Below are positions 48,924 to 58,429 of a stretch of 64,000 bases of DNA, piece by piece. Each line of letters starts with the position of its first letter. Within the stretch, counting starts at the first letter, position 1. The stretch is from a virus (lineage: Duplodnaviria; Caudoviricetes). The notes beneath the pieces were generated by a model. The model made no database searches and had not been told where the DNA came from. It worked only from the letters and a program-made list of their open reading frames with translations. Both the position numbers and the translations under genes were made by a program. The stretch lies in IMG/VR virus record IMGVR_UViG_3300031993_000008, positions 96,001 through 160,000 of that record, one strand, 5' to 3'.

Positions 48924-51239
48924 ATGGGAGAACTTATAAACATCAAACATTATGATGAATATGTTAATATTCTGAATGAGGACCTGATTCATGGTGAACA
49001 GTCTGCACTGAACAGGGCATTTATGAATGGTGGTCCTATTACATTTGCAGATGGTTCAAGCGTCACTCCTAAAGAGATTGTCAATGCTGTGAACAATGCA
49101 TTGATGTGGCTCAATTCGGAATTTTCAAGAACATTCACCTTTGCAAAGAATACATTGAATATCATATATCTTCCTCACAGTAATAAAATCAAGACAATGG
49201 CTGTTGATGAACATATGAACCTTTATATGAATGTGGGTTACATATATCATAAACTGAAGATGGATAAGGAACTTATCGCAGCCGTAATTATGCATGAGGT
49301 ATTCCATGCCCTGTTTGATCATATCAACAGAGGCAAGAACTGGTTGATGGCAAAAGGAAAGTCAACTACACCCAGTACCTGGCATGATACCAACCTTGCT
49401 GCTGATGTGGAGGTTAACAGGACATTGGTAAGGATAGGTCTTATTGAAGAGGAAAGACTTGTTAAAGAAATAAAAGGTATGTACCTCAAGAAGAGTGACG
49501 GCAGTAGGGATATTGTTCCTATGGAGGTTATTCTTGATGATGAGGAATATATGAAGAAATTGAGGTCAATGTGTCCTCCTGACAGTGAAATGGATATGCC
49601 TGGTAGTAACAAAACAATTGAAACTACAGAAGAATGGGATAATGGATATAAGGATGCATGGAATAAGGTTGCAGGACTTATCAAGAAATATGGACATAAG
49701 GGTGCCTGGCAGAAACTTATGGATGCAGGAATTGTCAATGCTGTAGGTGAAATATACACAAAGAATAACATAGAGGACATTATGGCAATTGAATTCCTCA
49801 CTGTAAAATCATATGAGGATTATATCAATGAAGACTTGAATGTTCCAAATTCAGATGCAGGAAAGACTTATGACAGTGGATTCATGACTGCTTTCAAAGA
49901 CCTTATGAAGAAACTTTATGATAGTGTCAATCCTTCAGAAGGAGGAAGTATGGATGTTCCTGATAATGGTGGTTCTGGTCCTAAATATAAATCAGGTCTC
50001 AAGAATGAGGATCTTGATGAGATTGAATTTCCTAAACAGAAAAGTAAAGACAAGAAGAAAGAGGATGATGATTCCCTCCCTTCAAACATAAAACAGGGAA
50101 GTGATGATGAAGGTGACGGTAATGATTCCGGAGATGAAATGAGAGGAGGAAAATCTGCCGGTGCCGGAAATGATGGAAAGGATGATGATGAACTGACAGA
50201 TGATGACATCAATAAACTTGCAGATGACATCAACAAGAGAACCAATGGTGGAAAGGATAAAATTTCAACACAGCAGGATATTGAATACAGAGGTGTTGGA
50301 GGTACAGGTTCATTCCAGGAAAAGGGTTTGTCTGATGATGATCTGAAAGAAGCAGGATACAGTGATGAAGACCTTGCTGAAATCAATAAGGTGAGAAAGT
50401 CAAACGAGACCAACAATTCAAAGGCCAATATCCAGAAACAGATGGAAAGGATGAAGAGAGATCTCCCAAAGGGTGATATAATAAGGAGAACTCTTGATGC
50501 AATAGAAATAGAGTCCAACAAGTATAAGAATTTGTGGAAAGACATGCTTGAGGACTTTATGTCAAAGAAGACCAGAAGGGCGGGTAGGGATTTGCCTAAT
50601 GGAAAGAATGACTGGATCAACAAAAAGAACATAGCAAGAGGTGAATATGGAATCCACCGTAAGAATACATCCCAGGATCCCCAGGATGTGAATGTCTATG
50701 TGGATGTATCTGGTTCTATGGATTTGGAACTTCTTGAAATAATAAGCAAGTCTCTTGTGGTGTTCACACAGCAATGGGAGTATTCAGGTCTGAATATCTG
50801 TCCTTGGGCATCAAGGAGTAACGGTGTTCATAAGGTTGATGACTTCTATAGTAAGAGTGAAGGAGAGATAACAAAACAGATTCTTGAGATAATATCAAAA
50901 GGTGAGAGTCAGTGTGGCGGAGGAACTGATGCATCAGCAGTCATAGCTGCAATGCTTGATGCAATAGAAGAGTCATTGGGTGATGAAAACAAGGATGAAA
51001 AGGATGATGTCCATGTTGTCATTACTGACGGTTATTTTGACTATCAGGGTGTTGAGGACAGGATTTCCAGGTCTATTATGAGTTCAATCAAGAGAAATGA
51101 TGTTGCTGCCAAAGCACCGGAGAATACATTCTGGATGATATATGATGCACCGGAATCCCTTAAGGATAGTTGGAAGAAGGAAATCAAGAAGGGAAGACTT
51201 ATTTTCATCAACTCTGAGGTTGTAAAGAATAATGGATAA
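48924..51239 (+). CDS. DUF2201-like metallopeptidase fused to vWA domain
   Basis: TMAVD, HEVFH, NLAADVEVN; acidic linker; VDVSGSM, GGTD, ITDGY MIDAS. Confidence 0.85.
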   Translation: MGELINIKHYDEYVNILNEDLIHGEQSALNRAFMNGGPITFADGSSVTPKEIVNAVNNALMWLNSEFSRTFTFAKNTLNIIYLPHSNKIKTMAVDEHMNLYMNVGYIYHKLKMDKELIAAVIMHEVFHALFDHINRGKNWLMAKGKSTTPSTWHDTNLAADVEVNRTLVRIGLIEEERLVKEIKGMYLKKSDGSRDIVPMEVILDDEEYMKKLRSMCPPDSEMDMPGSNKTIETTEEWDNGYKDAWNKVAGLIKKYGHKGAWQKLMDAGIVNAVGEIYTKNNIEDIMAIEFLTVKSYEDYINEDLNVPNSDAGKTYDSGFMTAFKDLMKKLYDSVNPSEGGSMDVPDNGGSGPKYKSGLKNEDLDEIEFPKQKSKDKKKEDDDSLPSNIKQGSDDEGDGNDSGDEMRGGKSAGAGNDGKDDDELTDDDINKLADDINKRTNGGKDKISTQQDIEYRGVGGTGSFQEKGLSDDDLKEAGYSDEDLAEINKVRKSNETNNSKANIQKQMERMKRDLPKGDIIRRTLDAIEIESNKYKNLWKDMLEDFMSKKTRRAGRDLPNGKNDWINKKNIARGEYGIHRKNTSQDPQDVNVYVDVSGSMDLELLEIISKSLVVFTQQWEYSGLNICPWASRSNGVHKVDDFYSKSEGEITKQILEIISKGESQCGGGTDASAVIAAMLDAIEESLGDENKDEKDDVHVVITDGYFDYQGVEDRISRSIMSSIKRNDVAAKAPENTFWMIYDAPESLKDSWKKEIKKGRLIFINSEVVKNNG

Positions 51240-51273
51240 ACAACATAAATAATTATATATTAAAGTTTTGAGT

Positions 51274-53400
51274 ATGAAAAATTTAATGAGTAGAAATGAA
51301 TATCTTCAGAACACTGTTGAAGAGGGTTTCATTAAGGATACTTTTAAGAAGGGATGGGAAAAAATCAAGTCTCTTTTCAAGATTGGTATGATGAAGGTAA
51401 AGAACTTCATAGCGATCTTTGACAATGAGGGCAATGTTTTTCCTGTTGTTTCCCCACAGGCCACAATTGATCTTATCTCACATATGGATTTTGTGGATGC
51501 TTTTTCACCTGCCGCACTCAACAACACTATCATTTCAGCAGGAGGTATAGGTTGTGAAATGAGGGCACCTCTCATCAAGGATGATGAAACTTATGATGAT
51601 GAGAGTTGGAATGGGGATGATGAATACAAGAACAGTAATGAGTACAAGAACTTCCTTTCAATTCCTTCAATCATAAAGGAACATTATGACTGTACAGATG
51701 AGGAAGCACATGAAATCTTTGAGTATATGATGATTGGTGAGAGTTGGGATGGTATCACCAAGAACAGGGTTAAATATGTTGACAGGAATGAACTGTCAGG
51801 TCTTGCTGAAATCAATTATGATCAGTTTGAGGAAATACTTAATGAGATGGTTGAGGAGAGATCAAAGGAAGGAGGTAAGACAAGAATCACATCAACAGGC
51901 AGGTCAATTGAACCATCAAGAAACCTTCTGATATTCGGTGCCCCTGGTATAGGTAAGTCAACAATTCCTAACACTGTAATAAAGAAGTATAATGAGAATG
52001 TTGGTGATGACCCATCAAAACAGATTACACTCATATCAATTAACTGTGCCCTTCTTGAGGAGGGAGGATTTATGATGCCTACAATGCCTAAAGAGACAGA
52101 CATTATGAAATCAATCGAAAGATTCTCAAAGACCTTCCCACAGGCAAATGAATTCCTTTCAGGACTTGATGATGAAGAGAATGAAAAGATTGCACAGACC
52201 ATTTCTGCAAGTGCACAGTTCAAGTCAACAGATGCACCAAAGTCTTGGCTTCCTTCATACAAACCTACCGGTGACAGAAACATTGATGTACTTCTTGATG
52301 CATATGCCAATGGTGGTGTATATGAGGATGAAGACGGATTCACCTGTAAGACAGGTAGTGGTGGTATCATCCTCTTTGATGAGTTCCTGAGGGCAGACCC
52401 AGGTGTGTTCAGTCAGCTTATGAACTTCTTCCTTGAGAGAAAACTCTATGACTGGAAACTCGGTTCAAAATGGACAGTGATTGCATGTTCAAACAGACCT
52501 TGTGATGATGGTCAGGTAGAAAGGGTATGGAAGGATTGGAATGACTCTCCTGCATCAAAAGACCGTATGGAAAGGATGTTCCAGTTGGTTCCAGATCCAG
52601 ACCAGTGGAAAGCATGGATTAGGACAAAGCATGTTGATGAACTTCTCCTTGATTTCATATTTGAGAAGGACTCAATGGTGGGAGATGAATATCCAAGATG
52701 GCACAGTATGGTCAGAAAGGGTGCCGGTGATTCAAAACAGGTAGAACCTATCAACCCACGTAGATGGGAGTCAGCATTCAAGAGACTCATAAAGTTTGAA
52801 GAGAAACATGATTATGAAGATATTTCACAGATGACTGATGAGGAAATAGCAAATTGTCTTAAAGGTTTGTTTGACACTGACTTTGTTGCTGAAATAACAA
52901 GCTGGTTGAGAGATCATATGGATAAGATTGACCTTGATGGAATAATGGAGAATCCTGAATCAGTATATCTTCCAAAGAAGTTTGTGAATGACCCTGCAAA
53001 GGCACTCATACTTATCCAAAACCTTCTCAAGGACTTTGAAGGAAGATATAAGGACAATCCTGGTGACTGTTCAGATGATCAGCTTGCAAACATCATCACC
53101 TGGTTGGGAATCAATTATAAGGAGGATATGGTTGCTGTCCAGAACTTTATGGAGGAAATCATCAAGAATATTTTCAAGAATAATTCAGAGTACAAGATTA
53201 ACAACTACATAAAGACAATGCAGACACTCTTCGCCGCATATCCTGAAAGGGATATTGAAGAGGTTGTCAATAAGGAAATTGAAAGAGATGGTTGGGAAGA
53301 GAACAGTATGGAAATCATCAAGGACCTGATGAACAAATACTTCCCCTGGAGAATTGATGGAGACAAAATCAAGTTCTTTGATGACCTTTCAGTTGAATAA
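51274..53400 (+). CDS. MoxR-like AAA+ ATPase
   Basis: GAPGIGKS, ILFDEFLR, ACSNRP, NPRRWE; partner of the vWA gene. Confidence 0.85.
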   Translation: MKNLMSRNEYLQNTVEEGFIKDTFKKGWEKIKSLFKIGMMKVKNFIAIFDNEGNVFPVVSPQATIDLISHMDFVDAFSPAALNNTIISAGGIGCEMRAPLIKDDETYDDESWNGDDEYKNSNEYKNFLSIPSIIKEHYDCTDEEAHEIFEYMMIGESWDGITKNRVKYVDRNELSGLAEINYDQFEEILNEMVEERSKEGGKTRITSTGRSIEPSRNLLIFGAPGIGKSTIPNTVIKKYNENVGDDPSKQITLISINCALLEEGGFMMPTMPKETDIMKSIERFSKTFPQANEFLSGLDDEENEKIAQTISASAQFKSTDAPKSWLPSYKPTGDRNIDVLLDAYANGGVYEDEDGFTCKTGSGGIILFDEFLRADPGVFSQLMNFFLERKLYDWKLGSKWTVIACSNRPCDDGQVERVWKDWNDSPASKDRMERMFQLVPDPDQWKAWIRTKHVDELLLDFIFEKDSMVGDEYPRWHSMVRKGAGDSKQVEPINPRRWESAFKRLIKFEEKHDYEDISQMTDEEIANCLKGLFDTDFVAEITSWLRDHMDKIDLDGIMENPESVYLPKKFVNDPAKALILIQNLLKDFEGRYKDNPGDCSDDQLANIITWLGINYKEDMVAVQNFMEEIIKNIFKNNSEYKINNYIKTMQTLFAAYPERDIEEVVNKEIERDGWEENSMEIIKDLMNKYFPWRIDGDKIKFFDDLSVE

Positions 53401-53437
53401 AAAAGAAGAGAGAACTTTTGGTTCTCTCTTTTCTTTT
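53399..53437. terminator. Bidirectional intrinsic terminator
   Basis: aagagagaac-ttttg-gttctctctt with A/T tracts, between convergent genes. Confidence 0.8.
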
Positions 53438-53438
53438 G

Positions 53439-53858
53439 TCATTCTCCGAAATAAATCTTATAGACTTTATCCTCCTTTCCTATCTCCCAGAACTTCAGGG
53501 TTCCATATTTCGGATAATGATATTCCCTTGAACTTATACCATCACCAGTTTTCTTAGGAAGATAAATGACAGGAAAAACTATACCTATATGTGAATAGTC
53601 AGGGTCTGTTATATAAGTTATATTATTTGGATTGAATGTCTTGAAACCTGTAATATATCCGTTTCCCTCTCTGGTCTGCATTTCAGGTTTAATATATCCG
53701 GGTATGGTGTGAACATAATGGATCTTAACAGGAAGTTCATCTTTAATCTGCTTTTTCTCATCCACATATGTCCTTTCTATTTCCTTGAGTTCTTTTTTAA
53801 GAAGTTCAATCTGTTCTAATCTCTTTATGTACTGATTTAAATATTCTCTCTTTTCCAT
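53439..53858 (-). CDS. Early hypothetical protein
   Basis: 139 aa downstream of a host-type promoter. Confidence 0.65.
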   Translation of the reverse strand: MEKREYLNQYIKRLEQIELLKKELKEIERTYVDEKKQIKDELPVKIHYVHTIPGYIKPEMQTREGNGYITGFKTFNPNNITYITDPDYSHIGIVFPVIYLPKKTGDGISSREYHYPKYGTLKFWEIGKEDKVYKIYFGE

Positions 53859-53862
53859 ACCT

Positions 53863-54198
53863 TTATAATTTAACTATATCTCTTCCGTCATCATACATAC
53901 TAAAATTCAGATTACCGTTTTTCCGGATTGTGAGTTTCTTGGTGAGTGTTGGGCCATAGTATGTTACATATGGTTTGTCACCATAAGTCACACCATAACC
54001 AATCCTTTCAATCCTTATGATTGCATCTGAATGGGGATATGCAATCACATCACCAATCTTGAACCTTGCATTTTCATTGGCCCAGGTAATATACAGTTCA
54101 TCCTTTGCTTTCTGCATTTCTTTTTGTAGTCTGCTCATTTCAGAATTATAATGATCCTGGATCTTCTTTACTTCCTTGTTTATTTCTTCAAGTGTCAT
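53863..54198 (-). CDS. Early hypothetical protein
   Basis: 111 aa, coiled coil plus FKIGDVI. Confidence 0.65.
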   Translation of the reverse strand: MTLEEINKEVKKIQDHYNSEMSRLQKEMQKAKDELYITWANENARFKIGDVIAYPHSDAIIRIERIGYGVTYGDKPYVTYYGPTLTKKLTIRKNGNLNFSMYDDGRDIVKL

Positions 54199-54218
54199 AT
54201 TACATTTCTTTTACAATA

Positions 54219-54250
54219 CAAATATAATGAAAATTATCTGGTTATCCAAA
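54219..54250 (-). promoter_or_regulatory. Host-type Bacteroidetes promoter (early)
   Basis: TTTG-N20-TATATTTG. Confidence 0.75.
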
Positions 54251-54254
54251 TATT

Positions 54255-55388
54255 TCAGATGAGCATCACATCAAACTCATCATTGGAGAAACATTTCTCA
54301 ATCTCGTCAATGTTGAACAGATTCTTCTTCTGGAGGTCATTCAGGTCTTTCACGGTCTCCTTTGTCTTTATTTTGGAAAGATATTGACTCCAAAGGAATA
54401 TGGTCTTTCCTACCTTCAGTTTCTTCAGTGACATCTCCCTTCCTGTCTTGTCATTGTCGAACAGGTATCTGACATTCTCCACATCATCAAAGAATCCGTC
54501 AAGATGTTTGGCTGCACTCTGAAGTGCTATGGAGTTGGGAATGGCAAGTGAATCAATGGGACCTTCCATAATAGTGAGGGGTTGACCCATATTGACATTC
54601 ATAATGTTGAAAATACCTGACAATCTGTCAAGGTGAGCCACAATGTTCTCAATACCATCTTCCTCCTCAATATACTTCTGTCCAAGTTCTTCTTTCAGGA
54701 GAAGTCTTTCCACAATACCTCCTATATCTTTATTGAACACATCAGAGTATATCTTGGTCATTCTGCTTGACAGATATCTCTGTTTATTTGACTTCGGGTC
54801 AAGCTGCCTTATCTGATAACCTATAACCCTGTCAGATGGTGATATATTGAGAATATAAAGTTCCAAAGTAAGGGGATTGTAGGCAAAATACTTCCAGTCT
54901 TTTATGTCTATCATCCTTGATTTCAGATACTTGGATGCTGTCTCATTCTTATAAGGAGATATGATTCCGAGTTGTTTGAAGAGAATGTCCTTTGGAATTG
55001 CCAGTTTCTCCAGGAGAGTCATTGACATTGATGCCTGTGACCCGGATATTTTCCTTTCAAATTTCTTCGCATTCTGTTGAATTTCGTGGACCGTAATCTT
55101 GTCTTCAAGTGAGAGATCCTCCCCGAAATGATGAAGGAAAGAGTTGATACCCATATGCTCCCCACAATTAAAACAGTGATACTTGAGGGAGTCAAGATAA
55201 AGGTTTCCTCTCTTTTTTCTGTTGTCAGTCCTGGAGTCACTACATAGAGGACATGCAAAATTAAGTCTGTCATGGTAGATATCAATCTTTCTCTTGATAT
55301 AACTGTCCTTGGCAAACTTGTTGTTGAGTATTTCCTGGATCTTGTTCTTTATATTGTCCAGGGTGTTATTTTCAGAGTCCCCTATCAT
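54255..55388 (-). CDS. DNA primase, T4 gp61-like
   Basis: NFACPLCSDS..KKRG...HCFNCG; EGPIDS; FDND; KDLND; likely ATG at 55388. Confidence 0.88.
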   Translation of the reverse strand: MIGDSENNTLDNIKNKIQEILNNKFAKDSYIKRKIDIYHDRLNFACPLCSDSRTDNRKKRGNLYLDSLKYHCFNCGEHMGINSFLHHFGEDLSLEDKITVHEIQQNAKKFERKISGSQASMSMTLLEKLAIPKDILFKQLGIISPYKNETASKYLKSRMIDIKDWKYFAYNPLTLELYILNISPSDRVIGYQIRQLDPKSNKQRYLSSRMTKIYSDVFNKDIGGIVERLLLKEELGQKYIEEEDGIENIVAHLDRLSGIFNIMNVNMGQPLTIMEGPIDSLAIPNSIALQSAAKHLDGFFDDVENVRYLFDNDKTGREMSLKKLKVGKTIFLWSQYLSKIKTKETVKDLNDLQKKNLFNIDEIEKCFSNDEFDVMLI

Positions 55389-55623
55389 ATATTGAATCAT
55401 AAACGTCCTGAATACTGAACTCCCCATACTTGGAATGGAGTTCTGACATCATACTGTCCTCCTTCTCCTTGATTGATTTCAGAATACCTTCGAGTTCAGT
55501 TACTTTTTCCTGAATCTCCTTTGCCTTATCCTGATTGGTATAAAGTTCCTTTGAGACATCCCTGTATTTCTCAATGATGTCAATGATGTCCTTTATTTCC
55601 TGGTCTGTAAACTTAATCCTCAT
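55372..55623 (-). CDS. Small coiled-coil protein
   Basis: 83 aa between groES and primase. Confidence 0.6.
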   Translation of the reverse strand: MRIKFTDQEIKDIIDIIEKYRDVSKELYTNQDKAKEIQEKVTELEGILKSIKEKEDSMMSELHSKYGEFSIQDVYDSIYDRGL

Positions 55624-55885
55624 CCTTCACTACCTTTGCAAAAACAAATGATTCCTTGATGCAGTCATACTTGACTCCATCAATGGTCAGAGGGGTGGAG
55701 CGCCCTATCGGTTTGACAACTATGTCACCCTCCTTGAGTATTGAACCATCATATGTCTTCAACACCCTGGCAAACCTGTTGTAATTCTCATCAGGAACAT
55801 AAAGTCCTGACTTTGTTATGGTTTCATTCTTTATATCCTGTATAAGAATGTAACCGTTTTTCATCTCAATTGGAATATTATTCAT
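55613..55885 (-). CDS. groES: GroES-like co-chaperonin
   Basis: TKSGLYVP, LKEGDIV, LTIDGVKY..IKES.VFA. Confidence 0.75.
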   Translation of the reverse strand: MNNIPIEMKNGYILIQDIKNETITKSGLYVPDENYNRFARVLKTYDGSILKEGDIVVKPIGRSTPLTIDGVKYDCIKESFVFAKVVKDED

Positions 55886-55985
55886 GCCTTAAAAATAACA
55901 AAAAGAGATGTATTTTTGAGAAATACTATAAAATAAAATAAGTTATAAACTCCATAAATATCTATATAGTCAAAAAAATAACACT

Positions 55986-56204
55986 ATGGCAAAAGACGTT
56001 GAAACTATTTCTTATATTGATTTGGGTGATGGTGACCAGCATCCTATTGATGCTGTTACTGTCGGAGGTAAGGCAGCAAGTGCTTTCCAGGAAAGTAAGA
56101 TTGTGACAACAATCAGTTCAAGTTCAGATGATGAACATTATCCTTCAGCAAAATGTATGTGGGATATTATTGGTAATATAGAAACAAGATTAAGTAACAT
56201 TTAA
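55986..56204 (+). CDS. Small fibre anchor/adaptor-like protein
   Basis: DAVTVGGKAASAF and SSSSDDEHYPSAK resemble phage fibre shaft motifs; late promoter at 55953. Confidence 0.5.
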   Translation: MAKDVETISYIDLGDGDQHPIDAVTVGGKAASAFQESKIVTTISSSSDDEHYPSAKCMWDIIGNIETRLSNI

Positions 56205-56217
56205 AAATATATAGATT

Positions 56218-58389
56218 ATGGCAGATTATCCTTGGACTTCATTATCTGGATCAGATGCACCCGATACATCACATACATGGAGAGGAATATCTATAACTTC
56301 ATGTAATACTTCATCTGCAGCCGAATTGAGGTCAATAGATGAAAATGTACCTATAACTGTTGCAAAAAATAGTACAACACTTGTGTTTATACAATACACA
56401 AAAAATGGTGAAGAATATGATAAAAATGTATCAGTGGGAATATATCCTTCTAGTACAGGTATTTCTAGTGATTGTAGTGGATTTGTGGGTATTGGTTCTG
56501 ATAATAGTAATAAGTATGTAATATCTGGTGGAGACACAACTGTTGCGGCAATTGATCCATACACTAAATATGGAGGTATAGAAGTGTATGCAATACACAA
56601 CTTTGATACTTCACAGGATATTACTTTTTGGATGGCTGGTTCTGGATATTTTAGAAATGTGTATTATGATGTAAATAAATTCTTCAAGGCATCATATTTT
56701 CTTGAAGAAAATGATGGTGCTTCAAGTTGGAAAGATATTGAAAAGTATGGTTGTAGATTTGCTTTTATAGCAAGGAAATATACAACATCTACAGAACAAA
56801 TTCAAGGAGAGAATGTAACAGTTACAGTAAATGAATGGATAAAATACAATTATACATTTTATACAGGTTATACTTATACTATTATACTTGATGTTAATTG
56901 TTCTGATACAAATCATGCAGGATATTATGAAGGTATTGCTTTTTTTAGTTATGACAAAGAAGAACCAAATGTAGGTACAAAAACTTCAGAAATATCAGGT
57001 TTGGAACATGATGCAGATGATAATCCTATATTTGTAGATGGTGATAATAGACATAAAGAATTTGTATATAATCCCACTTCTGATACAACAGGTTATTTCT
57101 ATTTTAGAAAAAATAAATTTGGAGTTGGAGGTATACATTTTGGTCATATAAAGATTATCAGACATATAAATGTAAATATAGGTTCAAATGGTGGAAGTAC
57201 ACAAACACTTAAGTTGAAACCTTATACAGCAGAATATTCTAATATAATACCAGGTATATCTGCACCAACAAGAATGGGTTCAAATAGTATACCATACACA
57301 TTCATTAGTGATGGTTTTTTCACCTCAACACTTGGAAGTGATATGATTTTGAAGTTAAGTGTAAATACTCATACTTCAACTTCTGGATATTATATAAACA
57401 ACTTTGATAAAACAATTGTAACATCTTCTGCTGATTTGTATTGGTATGCTCATTGGGGAAACACAATCTCATATAATCTTACAAGTTCAAGTCCAATATA
57501 TATGTGGGCGACATTGGGAGCAACAGAAGCATCAGAAACAAAGGAAAGTACATATGTTATCATAGCTTCTGAAGGTGTAAAATGTGCATCTAGTGGAACT
57601 GTATCAACATCATTCAGCAGTAGTTCTGGTTTTACAATTGACAGTACTGCACAATACTTATATGCACCAGATGGAAAAGCCACAGGGGTTTCATATAGTC
57701 ATAATGATAGAATACATTTTACATCTCCAAGTAAAACAACATATCCAACTTGTGAAGGTATGACAATGAATACAAATATTGTTCCACCTGTTTATGTTTC
57801 TGCTGTTATGGTCAGTGAATATGGTACACCAAATCCTCCAAGTATTAGTCAGACAAATATAATTCCTGCATATGGGGTTACATTGAACAGTACAAATTTG
57901 AGTAATTATTTTTCTTGGGGTGGTTCAGTACAATATATCAATTATAACAATGGAAGGACAAGAAGTGGAGATATTACATATACCAAGGGTGGAACTGGAA
58001 AAATCCCTTCATTGGGTATCAGTTATAAAAGTACAAATACATCAGCCGATATCAATGGCAGTGTGAAACCATATGTTCAGGCAAATGGTGAGGGAGGAAT
58101 GAGTAATACTTCTCAAATAACAAAGGCAAACCAGGAACCAAATGTGGTTACAAATGTATATACATATTTGGTTAATAACCCTTCTTCATCCACTTCCACT
58201 TCAGGAAGTTTTCATGTGAGTTATGGTTCTATGTTTGGTTTGTGTATGGTTGCAAGATATACATCAGGTGAGGAAAGGGATATATTTGGTGATGGAGTTG
58301 AGGATAGTGTTTCTTTTAGTCTGTCATTACCTTCACACTTGGAATATGTAAAGGTATCTGATCAATTTGTAGATGTATCAGGACAATAA
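56218..58389 (+). CDS. Fibre/adhesin paralog A (variable head, Listeria-Bacteroides repeat, half Big_2 at C-terminus)
   Basis: TRMGSN..YTF..GFFTS..YAHWGNTISY; VARYTSGEERDI. Confidence 0.65.
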   Translation: MADYPWTSLSGSDAPDTSHTWRGISITSCNTSSAAELRSIDENVPITVAKNSTTLVFIQYTKNGEEYDKNVSVGIYPSSTGISSDCSGFVGIGSDNSNKYVISGGDTTVAAIDPYTKYGGIEVYAIHNFDTSQDITFWMAGSGYFRNVYYDVNKFFKASYFLEENDGASSWKDIEKYGCRFAFIARKYTTSTEQIQGENVTVTVNEWIKYNYTFYTGYTYTIILDVNCSDTNHAGYYEGIAFFSYDKEEPNVGTKTSEISGLEHDADDNPIFVDGDNRHKEFVYNPTSDTTGYFYFRKNKFGVGGIHFGHIKIIRHINVNIGSNGGSTQTLKLKPYTAEYSNIIPGISAPTRMGSNSIPYTFISDGFFTSTLGSDMILKLSVNTHTSTSGYYINNFDKTIVTSSADLYWYAHWGNTISYNLTSSSPIYMWATLGATEASETKESTYVIIASEGVKCASSGTVSTSFSSSSGFTIDSTAQYLYAPDGKATGVSYSHNDRIHFTSPSKTTYPTCEGMTMNTNIVPPVYVSAVMVSEYGTPNPPSISQTNIIPAYGVTLNSTNLSNYFSWGGSVQYINYNNGRTRSGDITYTKGGTGKIPSLGISYKSTNTSADINGSVKPYVQANGEGGMSNTSQITKANQEPNVVTNVYTYLVNNPSSSTSTSGSFHVSYGSMFGLCMVARYTSGEERDIFGDGVEDSVSFSLSLPSHLEYVKVSDQFVDVSGQ

Positions 58390-58429
58390 ATATAATAAGA
58401 ATTAATAATATTTTAAAAAATATAATATT

